From positions 1,283,140 through 1,347,139 of the forward strand of contig CAVXHK010000001.1 of the NCBI GenBank assembly GCA_963761705.1: 64,000 nt of DNA, written 5' to 3'. Positions 26,028 through 39,515 of the stretch are shown piece after piece (position 1 is the first letter of the stretch; each line of letters starts with the position of its first letter). The DNA is from an uncultured Verrucomicrobiae bacterium (GTDB lineage: Bacteria; Verrucomicrobiota; Verrucomicrobiia; Chthoniobacterales; JAATET01). The notes beneath the pieces were generated by a model, which was not told the origin of the DNA, ran no database searches, and saw nothing but the letters and a program-made list of their open reading frames with translations. The position numbers were made by a program, and so were the translations under genes.

Positions 26028-26111
26028 ACTTTTGTAACGTATCGAAGTAACGGTTTGGCCGCAATGATTGTTGCTCGACACGGACAAAATGCCGCCGGAC
26101 AGTGCCGCGAC

Positions 26112-27776
26112 ATGAAAAAGGCTCTCCCAATCCTCATTCTTCTGGCGGTTATCGTCGCCGCGGTCGCCTGGTATCTCTCCGGCCAAAAAATCGCGCTGGA
26201 CGGCACTCGCCTGCTCCCGGCGACGACGCTTTTCTACGCTTCGCTGCCCGACGTCGAGCGATCCGGTGAGCGTTGGCGCGAGACGGCCCTCGCGAAAATC
26301 GGCTCCGACGAGGCGGTCAAAGCCTTCCTCGAGAAACCTCTGGAGATGCTGTCCAGCCAGGGCGGCGGCGAGGCGACCAAGATCCTGGAAAAAGTCGATC
26401 CCGGCAGTCTCTTCCTGGCTGTCCCGTCGGCCACTTCCGACGGCGTCGACGTTCTGCTCGGTTTCCAGTTCGAAGGGAGTCAAGCCGATCTGGACGAAGC
26501 CATGGGCCGACTCCACGCCGAGTTGGAACTTTTTTTCCCGGTCGCGACGAAAGCGACGACTGAATACGAGGGCAATGTCGTAACCGCATTCGCGTCTCCG
26601 AACGGCACACTCTACAGCGCGTCGCGAGACTCGTGGGGATTTCTGAGTTCCAGTGAGAAAGCCGCGCAAGCTGCGCTCGACCGGGTCGCGGGGCTGGCGA
26701 AGGGGCCTTCGCTCGCCGAGGACGAGGACTTCGCTTCTGTCACTGACCGTCTTGCGGAGAGTCCCGAGATGCTGTGGTTCGTCCGGCTCCAGCCGGTGAT
26801 CGATGAGATCGTCAGATTCGGCCAAGGTGTTGGTGCCGACACGAGCAGCTTTGAGAGTGCGCAGATGCGCCAGATCGTCGCCGTCGGCGGGACGCTCCTC
26901 TTCGACGGTCTCGATCAGCAGGAGACGCTCTTCGTGCTCGCGCCGGGATTGAAGACGGACTACCCGGCGATCAAGCACGAAGGCATAGCCTTCACCACGC
27001 CAGAGACCTCCATTTACTTCGAAGCGATTCAGGACTGGTCGTCGATCAGTACGCCGGAATACCTCGCTTCGCTCCCGGAAGAGGTGCGGCAATTTCTCGA
27101 AACGAACGAGATCGATCTCGCGAAAGTCCCTTCTTGGTTCGGAAGCGACTCCACGTTGGTTGTCAACTGGGCAACCAATGCGATGGTGCCGAGCGTTCTC
27201 GCGGCGATCGCGATCGCCGATCGGCCCGAGATCGAGTCCGCCGTCGAACGGGTTTCCCAAGCGGCTGGGCTTGATCTGACCCGCTCCGATCTCGACGGAG
27301 CGACCGCCTTCACCTTCCCCGCCATGCAGATCCAGCTCATCGATCCCGTCTTGGCGGTCAGCGACAAATACCTCCTCGGAGCTCTCACGAACGCGACGGT
27401 CGTAGCCGCACTCTCGCCGACGCCCGAAGCGAAGACGCTGCTCGACGCCCCTGGATTTGCGAAGGCGAGAACCGCCTTCGATACGCCCGCCCAGGGCTTT
27501 GGCTACATCGACGCAAAGGTCGTCTTCGAGCGGCTCTACAATCAGCTGCGCCCCGTCGCGATGTTCGCCGCCGCCATGTCGCCCGACCTCTCCGAGAAGG
27601 TCGACGTGAGCAAGCTGCCCGAGACCGAGGACATCGCGCAGTACCTCCGCCCGATCACCTATCTTCAGCGGCAGGTCGATTCCGGCTGGCTCATGGAGAG
27701 CTCGGCCCGATCACCATCTCCGAAGTTGGCTTGCTCGGCGGCATCGGTGTCGGGGTGGCAGCTTTCAGCCAAATGA
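26112..27776 (+). CDS. N-terminally anchored protein of unknown function
   Basis: Trimmed to ATG 26112 (MKKALPILILLAVIVAAVAWYL). About 555 aa with non-biased composition. The last ~25 codons look wrong-frame; see the finding at 27690. Confidence 0.65.
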   Translation: MKKALPILILLAVIVAAVAWYLSGQKIALDGTRLLPATTLFYASLPDVERSGERWRETALAKIGSDEAVKAFLEKPLEMLSSQGGGEATKILEKVDPGSLFLAVPSATSDGVDVLLGFQFEGSQADLDEAMGRLHAELELFFPVATKATTEYEGNVVTAFASPNGTLYSASRDSWGFLSSSEKAAQAALDRVAGLAKGPSLAEDEDFASVTDRLAESPEMLWFVRLQPVIDEIVRFGQGVGADTSSFESAQMRQIVAVGGTLLFDGLDQQETLFVLAPGLKTDYPAIKHEGIAFTTPETSIYFEAIQDWSSISTPEYLASLPEEVRQFLETNEIDLAKVPSWFGSDSTLVVNWATNAMVPSVLAAIAIADRPEIESAVERVSQAAGLDLTRSDLDGATAFTFPAMQIQLIDPVLAVSDKYLLGALTNATVVAALSPTPEAKTLLDAPGFAKARTAFDTPAQGFGYIDAKVVFERLYNQLRPVAMFAAAMSPDLSEKVDVSKLPETEDIAQYLRPITYLQRQVDSGWLMESSARSPSPKLACSAASVSGWQLSAK

Positions 27777-27878
27777 ATGGCGCTGCCCCGACGCCCTGAT
27801 CGGTGAGATGGAGGCAGCATTCCGCTTGCAATCGGGGCGGGTCGAATTATTCTCCTGCTCCCTTCACAGGACGGCAAA

Positions 27879-27951
27879 GGCTGGATAGCTCAGTTGGTAG
27901 AGCAGAGGATTGAAAATCCTCGTGTCGGGGGTTCGATTCCCTCTCCAGCCA
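27879..27951 (+). tRNA. tRNA-Phe (anticodon GAA)
   Basis: GGCTGGATAGCTCAGTTGGTAGAGCAGAGGATTGAAAATCCTCGTGTCGGGGGTTCGATTCCCTCTCCAGCCA forms a cloverleaf with a 7-bp acceptor stem and a TTCGATT T-loop. CCA is not encoded. Confidence 0.95.
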
Positions 27952-27956
27952 CCTTT

Positions 27957-28805
27957 TTAGGAGCCTTGGTTTTCACTTCGCTGGGGTTCGGTTTTTCGTA
28001 GCCACTTCCAGATCTCTGGCCAGTCGGCGAGGAGTCGCTCGGTCTCGTTATGGTGGGCGTTGGGGATGAGCCAGAGGCGCTTTTTGCCGGGGTAGCTCCC
28101 GTAGAGGGTCTGGCCGAGCTTCGCGGGAACGGTGCGGTCGTCGGCGGCGAGGATGAAGGCAGTGGGGCCGGGGAAGTTCTTCAGATTGTCGACCGAATTG
28201 AAGCGGTGGCGGATGAGGAGCGGGACCGGGAGCCAGGGGTAGTGGACGTTGGCGGCGTGGGCAAGCGAGTCGAAGGGAGTGACGAGGATGAGGGCATCGA
28301 TGGCGGCGGGGCGGGCGTGGGCAGCGGCGCTGGCGACGCCGGAGCCGAGGGATTGGCCGAGGAGGGTGAGGCGGCGGGCGGGGTCGGCGGCGAGGGTGTC
28401 GACGGCTTCGACGGCGGCGGCGGTGAGACTTGTCTCGGAGGGGGTGCCGGGCCGGGCGCCGTAGCCGGGGTATTCGAGGAGAAAGACTTTTGGTGGATTC
28501 GACCCATCGGCGGCGGTGGTGGAGTAGGCGAAGTAGTTGCGGTGGAGGGCGTAGCCGCCGTTGCCGTGACAGATGAGGAGGGCGTCGGTGGGGTTGCCGG
28601 TCGTGGATTGCCAGCCGATGCGGTCGCCCTCGGAGTTGACCCACGGCTTGAAGCCGCTGGCGCGGGCTTCGGGATCGAGTTGCGTCTCGGTCGCTTGGCG
28701 AGGGAAGAAGATGAGCCGGTCTTGCTGAAAGTACAGGAAGCCGCAAATGGCGACGTAGCCTCCGACGAGGATGAGCGCGAGAGAGATCATGAGACGGCGG
28801 AGCAT
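27957..28805 (-). CDS. alpha/beta hydrolase (serine hydrolase, membrane-anchored)
   Basis: Trimmed to ATG 28805 (MLRRLMISLALILVGG). Nucleophile elbow GQSLGSG and a HGNGG oxyanion region. Confidence 0.85.
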   Translation of the reverse strand: MLRRLMISLALILVGGYVAICGFLYFQQDRLIFFPRQATETQLDPEARASGFKPWVNSEGDRIGWQSTTGNPTDALLICHGNGGYALHRNYFAYSTTAADGSNPPKVFLLEYPGYGARPGTPSETSLTAAAVEAVDTLAADPARRLTLLGQSLGSGVASAAAHARPAAIDALILVTPFDSLAHAANVHYPWLPVPLLIRHRFNSVDNLKNFPGPTAFILAADDRTVPAKLGQTLYGSYPGKKRLWLIPNAHHNETERLLADWPEIWKWLRKTEPQRSENQGS

Positions 28806-28870
28806 GGGAAAGGGTGACGAAATTAGATAACGAATCGACGGGAACGCTGAAAGTCGGAAGGGTCGCGGAC

Positions 28871-29782
28871 ATGGCTGGGAAACGGAGAACGGCGTCATCG
28901 GCGACGCGGGATCGGTCGGGATGGTGGCTGGTCTGCGTTCACGATGAGTCGGCTCGCGCTTTGGAGCTGCTGGCTTACCGGGCGCTCGAGCGCGAGGTGG
29001 GAAGGCTGCGCGCGGGATTGGACGGCTTCGAGAAGCGGGACGTGTCGGCTTTTGCGGAATGGGAGGACCGCACGTTTCGCGCTACGTTGACCAGGATCGG
29101 AGAGCTGGAGAGCGGAATCAGCGAGCAGCTCCGGCTGCTTGAGAAGATCGCCGACGAGGCGCGGTGCTCCGGGTGTTCGCGGGTGACGGCGTATCGGCGA
29201 GTCATGGATGGTGCGGGCACCCCATCAAGCGAAGAGGCGGTGGAAGATCGCGATACCTCGCCGGATGAGAAACGGGCGCAGAGCGACGGCGGATGGAGAG
29301 GCCAATCGTTGGCGGCGCCGACGGATCGGCGCGTAAAAGCGCTCTATCGACAGCTGGTTCGGCAGCTTCACCCGGATGGGAAAGCGACCTTCGGCGCTCG
29401 GGAAAGGGATCTGTGGCACGAGGTGCAGGCAGCTTATCAGGATCGAGATCTAGAACGGCTCGTGGCGCTCGCGGGTCGGGTCGAACTGGTCAACGGTGGT
29501 GACTCCGAGGGATTGCCTTTGGGAACGCTGCGCCGAATGACCGCTGACTTGGGTCGGGATCTGCTGGCGCTCAAAGTGAAGACGACGCAGGCGAAGCGGC
29601 AGCTTGCGTGGGGGTTTCGGAGGCTGACGAAGCGAAAAGGAATCGAAGCGACGAGACGGGTGCAACTGGAGCGGAGAGAGGCGGAAACGCGGGAGGAGTT
29701 CCGCTTGGTGGCGGCGGAGTTGGATGTCCTCGCGCGGCGGGCTGAGCGGGGGAAGCGGCCGAGTCGGCGGGCGGGGCGGTGA
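28871..29782 (+). CDS. J-domain-containing protein
   Basis: Trimmed to ATG 28871. Central KALYRQLVRQLHPD (HPD motif). No DnaJ zinc-finger or C-terminal domains. Confidence 0.65.
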   Translation: MAGKRRTASSATRDRSGWWLVCVHDESARALELLAYRALEREVGRLRAGLDGFEKRDVSAFAEWEDRTFRATLTRIGELESGISEQLRLLEKIADEARCSGCSRVTAYRRVMDGAGTPSSEEAVEDRDTSPDEKRAQSDGGWRGQSLAAPTDRRVKALYRQLVRQLHPDGKATFGARERDLWHEVQAAYQDRDLERLVALAGRVELVNGGDSEGLPLGTLRRMTADLGRDLLALKVKTTQAKRQLAWGFRRLTKRKGIEATRRVQLERREAETREEFRLVAAELDVLARRAERGKRPSRRAGR

Positions 29783-29823
29783 TTTTTTTGCCGATTTAAT
29801 CCCGCGGAGGGTGCGAGAAATTT

Positions 29824-31842
29824 TCAGAATGCCAAGCCGACGGTGAAGTGGATCGCGCCGATGGCTTCGCCGGAGCGCGGGGCCGGATTGAGAGCGGCGT
29901 CGAGGCGGATGGGGCCGATGGGGAGGTCGTAGCGAAGGCCGGCTCCGATGCCGGTGCGGAGGATTCCAAACTCGGAAGAGGTCTGCCCGACGCTGCCGGC
30001 GTCGACGAAGACGGCGGCCTTGAGCGAGTCGACGATGGGGACGACGTATTCCAGGTTGAAGACCGTGTAGGTCTGGCCGCCGGTCGGGTAGCCGTTGTTG
30101 TGGGGACCGAGTTCGCGGTCGGCGAAACTGCGGACGGAGGAAGCCCCGCCGTTGAAGAAGCGTTCGTCGATGGGGACGGACGAGTTGCCTTCGGTCGGGA
30201 TCATGATTCCGCCGCGGGCACCGAAGGCGAGGAGGGTGTTGCCGAGGGGGAGGTAATAGGCCGCGCGGGCGGCGAAACGGGCGAAACTGACCTCGCTGCC
30301 GAGGGCGCGGGTGGCGAAGTCGGCGGTGGTGCCGAGGACGAAGCCCTGGTCGGGGTTGAGCGGATTGTCGCGGGTATCGTAGACGGAGGTGAGCCCGATG
30401 CTGTTGGCGAGGTAGGGAGTGCGCCCGATGAGATTGTCGCTGATGCCCTCGGCTTCGACGGAGACGCCTTTGGCGAGGAGGAAGACCGAGGCGGTGAGCC
30501 GGGGGGTGAGTGTCCAGGTGAGTTCGGGGCGGAGGGCGAGTTCGCTCTTCGTGTAGCCTTCGAGGCGGCGGTTGAGGACGGTCGCTCGGAAAGTGAGCGC
30601 GAGGTCGTCCCGGTCGAGGAACCACGGGTCTTCGAGGGTGAGGTCGGCTCCGAAGGTGCGTTGGGTCGCGTCGATGGAGGCGGTGAAGGAGCGACCCGTG
30701 CCGAAGAGGTTGCGCTCGACGAAGCGGATGCCACCGCCCGCGCCTTCGAAGGTGCCGTAGCCGAGAGAGAAGCCGACCTCTCGACTCGGGGCGGGTTCGT
30801 ATTCGATGGCGAGATCGACTTCGTTGGTTGTGGGATCGGGAAGTTGGCGGAGGCGGAGTTGGTCGTAGAGGCCGGTGCCGAGCTGGCGTTGGAAGCGGGT
30901 GTTGAGGGCTGCGGGATCGTAGGGGCGATCGGTGAGGGAGGCGAAGCGACGGCGAACGAAGCGGGGTGGGAGGCTGGGGTCGCCGGGCGGGTGATCGGCG
31001 GTGACGGTGCCGAAGCGGAAGGGTGGACCTGGCGTGACCTGGATGGTGACGGGGACCTCCTCTGCGAGGATGGGTTGACGCGATTTCGCCCGGATGGAAA
31101 TTGCGGGTCCTCGCCGTGCGGTGGCTTTTGCCTGGTAGTGGCCGGCTTTTTGAAATTCGTAGGCGACCCTTTCCTCGATGAGACGGAGGCGGTTTGAGCT
31201 GTAGGGTTGGGTGGTGAGGTCGGCGAGCGATTCGCGGAGAGTTGCGATGGGAACGGCGCTGCTGCCGACGATGGCGATCGGGCCGAAGGTGTAAGGGGGA
31301 CCTTCGGAGATGGTGACGGTGGCGCTGGCGTCGGTTCGGTCGTTGGAGAGGGCGACGGTCGGGGTGGTGATCTCGACGTCGAGGTAGCCGTCGGAGAGGT
31401 AGAGGTCGCGGAGGCGATCGACGCCTTCCGCCAGTTTGTCGGGAACGTAGGGGAGGTCGTCGCCGGTGACGTTCTCGCGGGTGGGGCCGAGGAGGAAGTC
31501 GGCGAGTTTTTTTTCGTCGTAGGCGGTGGCGCCGAGGAAGGTCGTTGTGGTGAGCTGCGTGCGAGGGCCTTCGGTGATGTCGAGGGTCAGGGTGTCGGCG
31601 GTGATCTGCGGGGTGACCGTGGCTTCGGTGAAGCCATTGTCTAGGTAGGTGAGTCCGGTGAAGTAGCTGAGGTCGTCGGCGCGGGCGGGGGTGACGCCGG
31701 TGGATTCGATCTGGGCGATTTGTCCGGCGACTTTTTCGCGGAGGGACGCGGTGGGGAGTTTTTCGTTGCCGACAAACTGAACGGTGGCGGCGTGGGCTTC
31801 GAACGTCAGGACGACGAGTGCGGTGAAGACGCGGTGGTTCAT
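29824..31842 (-). CDS. tamA: Omp85/BamA-family outer membrane protein (TamA-like)
   Basis: 672 aa with a signal peptide, POTRA-like repeats and a beta-barrel ending ...HFTVGLAF. The start overlaps the tamB stop. Confidence 0.88.
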   Translation of the reverse strand: MNHRVFTALVVLTFEAHAATVQFVGNEKLPTASLREKVAGQIAQIESTGVTPARADDLSYFTGLTYLDNGFTEATVTPQITADTLTLDITEGPRTQLTTTTFLGATAYDEKKLADFLLGPTRENVTGDDLPYVPDKLAEGVDRLRDLYLSDGYLDVEITTPTVALSNDRTDASATVTISEGPPYTFGPIAIVGSSAVPIATLRESLADLTTQPYSSNRLRLIEERVAYEFQKAGHYQAKATARRGPAISIRAKSRQPILAEEVPVTIQVTPGPPFRFGTVTADHPPGDPSLPPRFVRRRFASLTDRPYDPAALNTRFQRQLGTGLYDQLRLRQLPDPTTNEVDLAIEYEPAPSREVGFSLGYGTFEGAGGGIRFVERNLFGTGRSFTASIDATQRTFGADLTLEDPWFLDRDDLALTFRATVLNRRLEGYTKSELALRPELTWTLTPRLTASVFLLAKGVSVEAEGISDNLIGRTPYLANSIGLTSVYDTRDNPLNPDQGFVLGTTADFATRALGSEVSFARFAARAAYYLPLGNTLLAFGARGGIMIPTEGNSSVPIDERFFNGGASSVRSFADRELGPHNNGYPTGGQTYTVFNLEYVVPIVDSLKAAVFVDAGSVGQTSSEFGILRTGIGAGLRYDLPIGPIRLDAALNPAPRSGEAIGAIHFTVGLAF

Positions 31843-34800
31843 TTGAGCCGGAGGACGTAACGCAGGCGGCCGCGGAAGTCGCCGTTGACATCGAGGTCGC
31901 CGATGAGGTGGAAGGCGGGGGTGAGTCGGTAACGGGCGGAGAGGCTTTGTTTGCCGGTCTTGGGGTCGATGGCGCCGACTTCGAGATCGAATTTGTCACG
32001 GAAACTGTCCGTTTCGCCGGGTTTGGCGGGGAAGAATCTCTGGTAGAGCTGTTGGAGAAGGAGGAGGGCGGCGCGTCCGGCGATGACGTCGGTGCCGCCC
32101 GTGAGTTCCTTGGCGGTTGCGCCGGTGGAGAGGAGGGCGACGATGTCCTCGGGGGGGAGCGGGGGGTTGCTGGTGAAGGTGACTTCGGGGTCGTTGGCGG
32201 TGCCAGAAATGAGAACGGTGATCACGTAGTCGCGGATCTCGGAGCGTCCGCGGAGATTGAGAACGGGGTCGAGCGGATCGGCGGGGTTGAAGTAAACGCT
32301 GCCATTGGCGATATCCAGGGTGCTGAACGGCAGGGTGAGGATGAGGTCCTCGACGTTCGCGCTGCCTTCGAGGCGTGGCGCGAGGCCGGTGCCGGTGAGG
32401 CGGAGATCGGCGGTTGCGCGGCCATTCGCGAGGTTGCCGCGGATGAGGAAGGGCGAGTCGGTGCCAATGGTGACGTCGAATTGCCAATCGCGGATCGGTG
32501 GGTTGGGGAAACTGAGGCGGGGCGGATCAGCGGACGGGGCTTGGGGGGCTTTGCGTTTGCCGGGTTGGCCGAAGGGGAGAACGACGATCTGCTTGAAGAG
32601 GCGGCTGTCGATGAGACCGAGGTGGCCCGAGAGTTTGGCGGAGTCGGGCGGGCCGGTGAGCGTGAGGTTGGCGTTCGCTCGCGCGAGGAGGTCGGGGCTG
32701 CGGGCGAGGAGGAGGGATTGCCCGTCGAAGGTGAAGTCCAGCTGAGGAGATTCCGGGTCGGTCAGATCGGCGAAGCCGGTGAGGGTGATCTGACCGCCGG
32801 AGACGTTACCGGTGAAGTTCCGGATGGCGATCTTTTCGCGGGAGAGATCGAGGCGGGCGTCGACATTGGTGACTTCGGGAAGTTCGTCGGCGGCGAGAGC
32901 GAGGCGCTTGATCTGCAGGGTGGCGGCGCCGGTGGGCACGGGTTTCTGGAGGGTTCCGCCGACTTCGATGCGGGCGGAGGCGTTGCCTTCGACGAAGCTG
33001 ATGGCCGGTGCGAAGGTCGGGATCAAGGCGAGATCAATCCCGGGGACGCCGATGCGGAGATTGATGGGCGTGTCGGGATCGAGGGGTTCGCCGGGAATGA
33101 AGGGGAAGCTGCCATTGATGGTGACGGGTTCGAGGCGGCGTTGTTGAAAGGTGGCGGCGAGACGGGCGTCGCCTTCGGCGACGGAGAGGCGGAGATCGAG
33201 CTGGGCGGGTTCGATCCGGGTGAGTTGCTCCGGCTGGAGGTCGGTGGCCGTGAGGTGAAGGTCGGCGACGAGGGTCGTGAGGGTGCCCTTGGCGGTGAGG
33301 TTGAGTTGGGCGGCACCGAGTAGAGGTGGGGCGGGTTGGTTCGCGATGGCGGCGAGCTGGGTGACGGTTAGTTCGGGGGTGGAGACGGCGAGATCCAGGG
33401 GGCGGTCGCGGGGGATAGGTTGGTCGTTGTTGTTCAAATCAAGGGGGAGGGTGACGTGGCCGGTGAGGATGCGTTGGCCGCGAAGATCGGCGGTGAGGGT
33501 GGGAATGGTGAGTTCGGTCGGGGTGTAGGTGCCGACGGCGGTCGCGTCGAAGTCGGCGATCTGGTCGGTGCGGGCGTCGGTGAGGGTGAGCGCGAATTCG
33601 CCGGAGTGGTTGGTGTTCTCGACTTCACCGGAACCGGACCAGGTGAGCGCAAGCTGGCCGCCGAGGTTGATGGGGTTGCGTTCGGGAGGGACGAGCGCGG
33701 TGAGATCGGCGAGGTCGATGGTGAGTTGGCCGCGGTAGGCGTAGGGGGCGGTGAGGTCGGCGGTGCCGCTGGCAGTGATGGCGTTGGCGGGGCCGAGGTT
33801 GATTTCGAAGGTGCGGACGTTCGCGACGTTGTCGGCGATGGGTGCGTCGATGGTGATGGCGGGAATGGTGTAGCCTCGAGCGGAAAGGTTCGTGGCGGTG
33901 ACGTGGAGGCCGCCTTGGAAGGCTTGGTTTTCCCGGTGGATGTCGGCGTCGACTTTCAGGGAACCGGAGAGGACGGTGCCGCGGGTATCCCGGACGAAGT
34001 CCTCAAGGCGGGGGGCGTCGATCTCGAGTTTCAGATCGAGGAGGTCGAGGTTGACCCGGGTTGGATCGGTGGGGACTTCGTAGCTGCCGACGAGGCGGAC
34101 GAAATTGCCTTGGTAATTGAGTTCGAGTTTTTCGAGTGCGACGGATTTCTCGGCGGAGCTGAGTTCGATGATGGCCTCGTCGGCTTCGTAGTTTTGGTAG
34201 GTGATCGTGGCGGCGCGTCCGCCGAGACGGGTGGTGAGGTTGGTCGTGATGGGTTCGCTCGCGCCGGGCGGCGGGAGTTTTTTCGAGAACGTGACGGCGA
34301 GGTCGGCGTTGGCGAGGCGAAGGTCCTGGAAGTCGAGTCGGCGGGCTTCGACCTTGAGGTTGGCGCTGAGGTTGGGGGCGTTGTAATCGAGTCGACCGGA
34401 GCCGGTGATGGTGCCTAGGGCGAGGGGAGCGACGCCGGGGACGAGGGTGGAGAGGTCGGGGGCGTCAAGGGTGATCGTGCCTGCGTAATTGTCGGGCGGA
34501 AGGTTGGCGATGGTGGCTGGAAGGTTCGAGACGAGTTGGCCGGTGAGGGTGTTGACGTCGCGGCGGAGGTCGCGGAGGTCGATCCGGGCGCGGCCGTCGG
34601 CCAGGGTGAAAACGGCAAGGAGATGATCGACGCGGGGTTGGTCGAGCTGGAGGTCGGTGAATTCGGCGCGGCCCTCTCCGGTCCACGTGAGGGGGCGGAA
34701 GAGTTCGCCTTCGTAGTTGAGGGTCAGATCGGCGATGGTGCCGGTCGGGGCGGGGACGAGGTTGAGAAAGGTGCCGACGCGGTCGAGTTCGATGCCGGTG

Positions 34801-35621
34801 ATCTTGAGGCGGAGGCTGGAATGGTTGGTCTCGTAGATATCGTGGATGGCGATGTCGAGGTGGGCGGTGCCGCCGAAGCCGGAGACGTCGGCGGCCAGGC
34901 CGAGACGGCTTTCGGCGAGGTGGGAGGCGTCGAAATTGAACCGATTGATGGTGATCCCGGGACCGACGGCGAGGTCGGTGAGGATGAGGTTGCGGTCCGT
35001 GAAGGTGGTGCGGCCCTCGAGGTTCTCGAAGGTCGGGGAGCCCGGGGCCTGGAAGCGTCCGACGCGGAGGGTGCCGGGGCGGTCGGGGAGGAGAAGGAGA
35101 GTGAAGCCGGTGAAGGTAAAGTCGCCGTTGGCGGAGCGGGAGATGAAGCTGAAGTTGGTAATCTCGACCCGCTCGGGAAAGAGGAGGGGGAACTTTAAGG
35201 TTTCCAGGTTTTGGGGGTTTGAAGTTTTGGGGTTCCGGCGTTTTTGCGGGCGGGGGGTGAATTTTGATTGGTCGATCTCCAGGTCAAAGTTGGTGAGGCG
35301 AATGGATTTCAGGAGACCCGGGTAGCCATCTTTGACCCAACCGAGGAGGCTGTACTGGAGGCCGATCTCGCCGATGGTGAGTTTGCGGATCGGGCTGTCG
35401 GGGTCCGGGTCGGCGACGACGTTGGTGACGCGAAGGGTCGTAAAGATCGAGCCGCCGAGTTCGTAAGTGAGGCGGAGTTGCTGGTCCGCGGCGGTGCGGA
35501 CGAGAAGACGACGGGTGAGTTCGAAGACGAGGGGGCGGTGGAAAGCGAAGAGGGTCGCGACGAGTGCGAGGAGGGTAAGGATGGGCCAGCGAAGTCGGCG
35601 GAGGAGACGGGGGACGGGCAC
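31839..35621 (-). CDS. tamB: translocation and assembly module protein TamB (AsmA-like, DUF490 C-terminus)
   Basis: 1260 aa. N-terminal TM anchor, a long beta-rich repetitive body, and coupling to the Omp85 gene. Confidence 0.8.
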   Translation of the reverse strand: MPVPRLLRRLRWPILTLLALVATLFAFHRPLVFELTRRLLVRTAADQQLRLTYELGGSIFTTLRVTNVVADPDPDSPIRKLTIGEIGLQYSLLGWVKDGYPGLLKSIRLTNFDLEIDQSKFTPRPQKRRNPKTSNPQNLETLKFPLLFPERVEITNFSFISRSANGDFTFTGFTLLLLPDRPGTLRVGRFQAPGSPTFENLEGRTTFTDRNLILTDLAVGPGITINRFNFDASHLAESRLGLAADVSGFGGTAHLDIAIHDIYETNHSSLRLKITGIELDRVGTFLNLVPAPTGTIADLTLNYEGELFRPLTWTGEGRAEFTDLQLDQPRVDHLLAVFTLADGRARIDLRDLRRDVNTLTGQLVSNLPATIANLPPDNYAGTITLDAPDLSTLVPGVAPLALGTITGSGRLDYNAPNLSANLKVEARRLDFQDLRLANADLAVTFSKKLPPPGASEPITTNLTTRLGGRAATITYQNYEADEAIIELSSAEKSVALEKLELNYQGNFVRLVGSYEVPTDPTRVNLDLLDLKLEIDAPRLEDFVRDTRGTVLSGSLKVDADIHRENQAFQGGLHVTATNLSARGYTIPAITIDAPIADNVANVRTFEINLGPANAITASGTADLTAPYAYRGQLTIDLADLTALVPPERNPINLGGQLALTWSGSGEVENTNHSGEFALTLTDARTDQIADFDATAVGTYTPTELTIPTLTADLRGQRILTGHVTLPLDLNNNDQPIPRDRPLDLAVSTPELTVTQLAAIANQPAPPLLGAAQLNLTAKGTLTTLVADLHLTATDLQPEQLTRIEPAQLDLRLSVAEGDARLAATFQQRRLEPVTINGSFPFIPGEPLDPDTPINLRIGVPGIDLALIPTFAPAISFVEGNASARIEVGGTLQKPVPTGAATLQIKRLALAADELPEVTNVDARLDLSREKIAIRNFTGNVSGGQITLTGFADLTDPESPQLDFTFDGQSLLLARSPDLLARANANLTLTGPPDSAKLSGHLGLIDSRLFKQIVVLPFGQPGKRKAPQAPSADPPRLSFPNPPIRDWQFDVTIGTDSPFLIRGNLANGRATADLRLTGTGLAPRLEGSANVEDLILTLPFSTLDIANGSVYFNPADPLDPVLNLRGRSEIRDYVITVLISGTANDPEVTFTSNPPLPPEDIVALLSTGATAKELTGGTDVIAGRAALLLLQQLYQRFFPAKPGETDSFRDKFDLEVGAIDPKTGKQSLSARYRLTPAFHLIGDLDVNGDFRGRLRYVLRLK

Positions 35622-35697
35622 GTTTCGGGCTTTTAACGCGTGCTTTTTGGTTGGAGCGTCGATGGGAAATCATCGCTCCTCGAAAGTGGGCGACGGG

Positions 35698-39414
<3,717 letters not shown>

Positions 39415-39515
39415 ATCAACGTATTAGATTGTATTCATGCGTTCAGGTCGCGCAAGGGGCTTCTCGGTGAAAAGAGTTGGTGGTGAACGGGGTTGGCACG
39501 GTAGGAAGTGGAAGG

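Noticed and set aside
29450-31999. 849-aa minus-strand ORF overlapping tamA
   Set aside because: An alternative frame of tamA with more than 40 percent Arg/Pro/His-type low-complexity sequence. The 29824..31842 frame gives a bona fide Omp85 protein.
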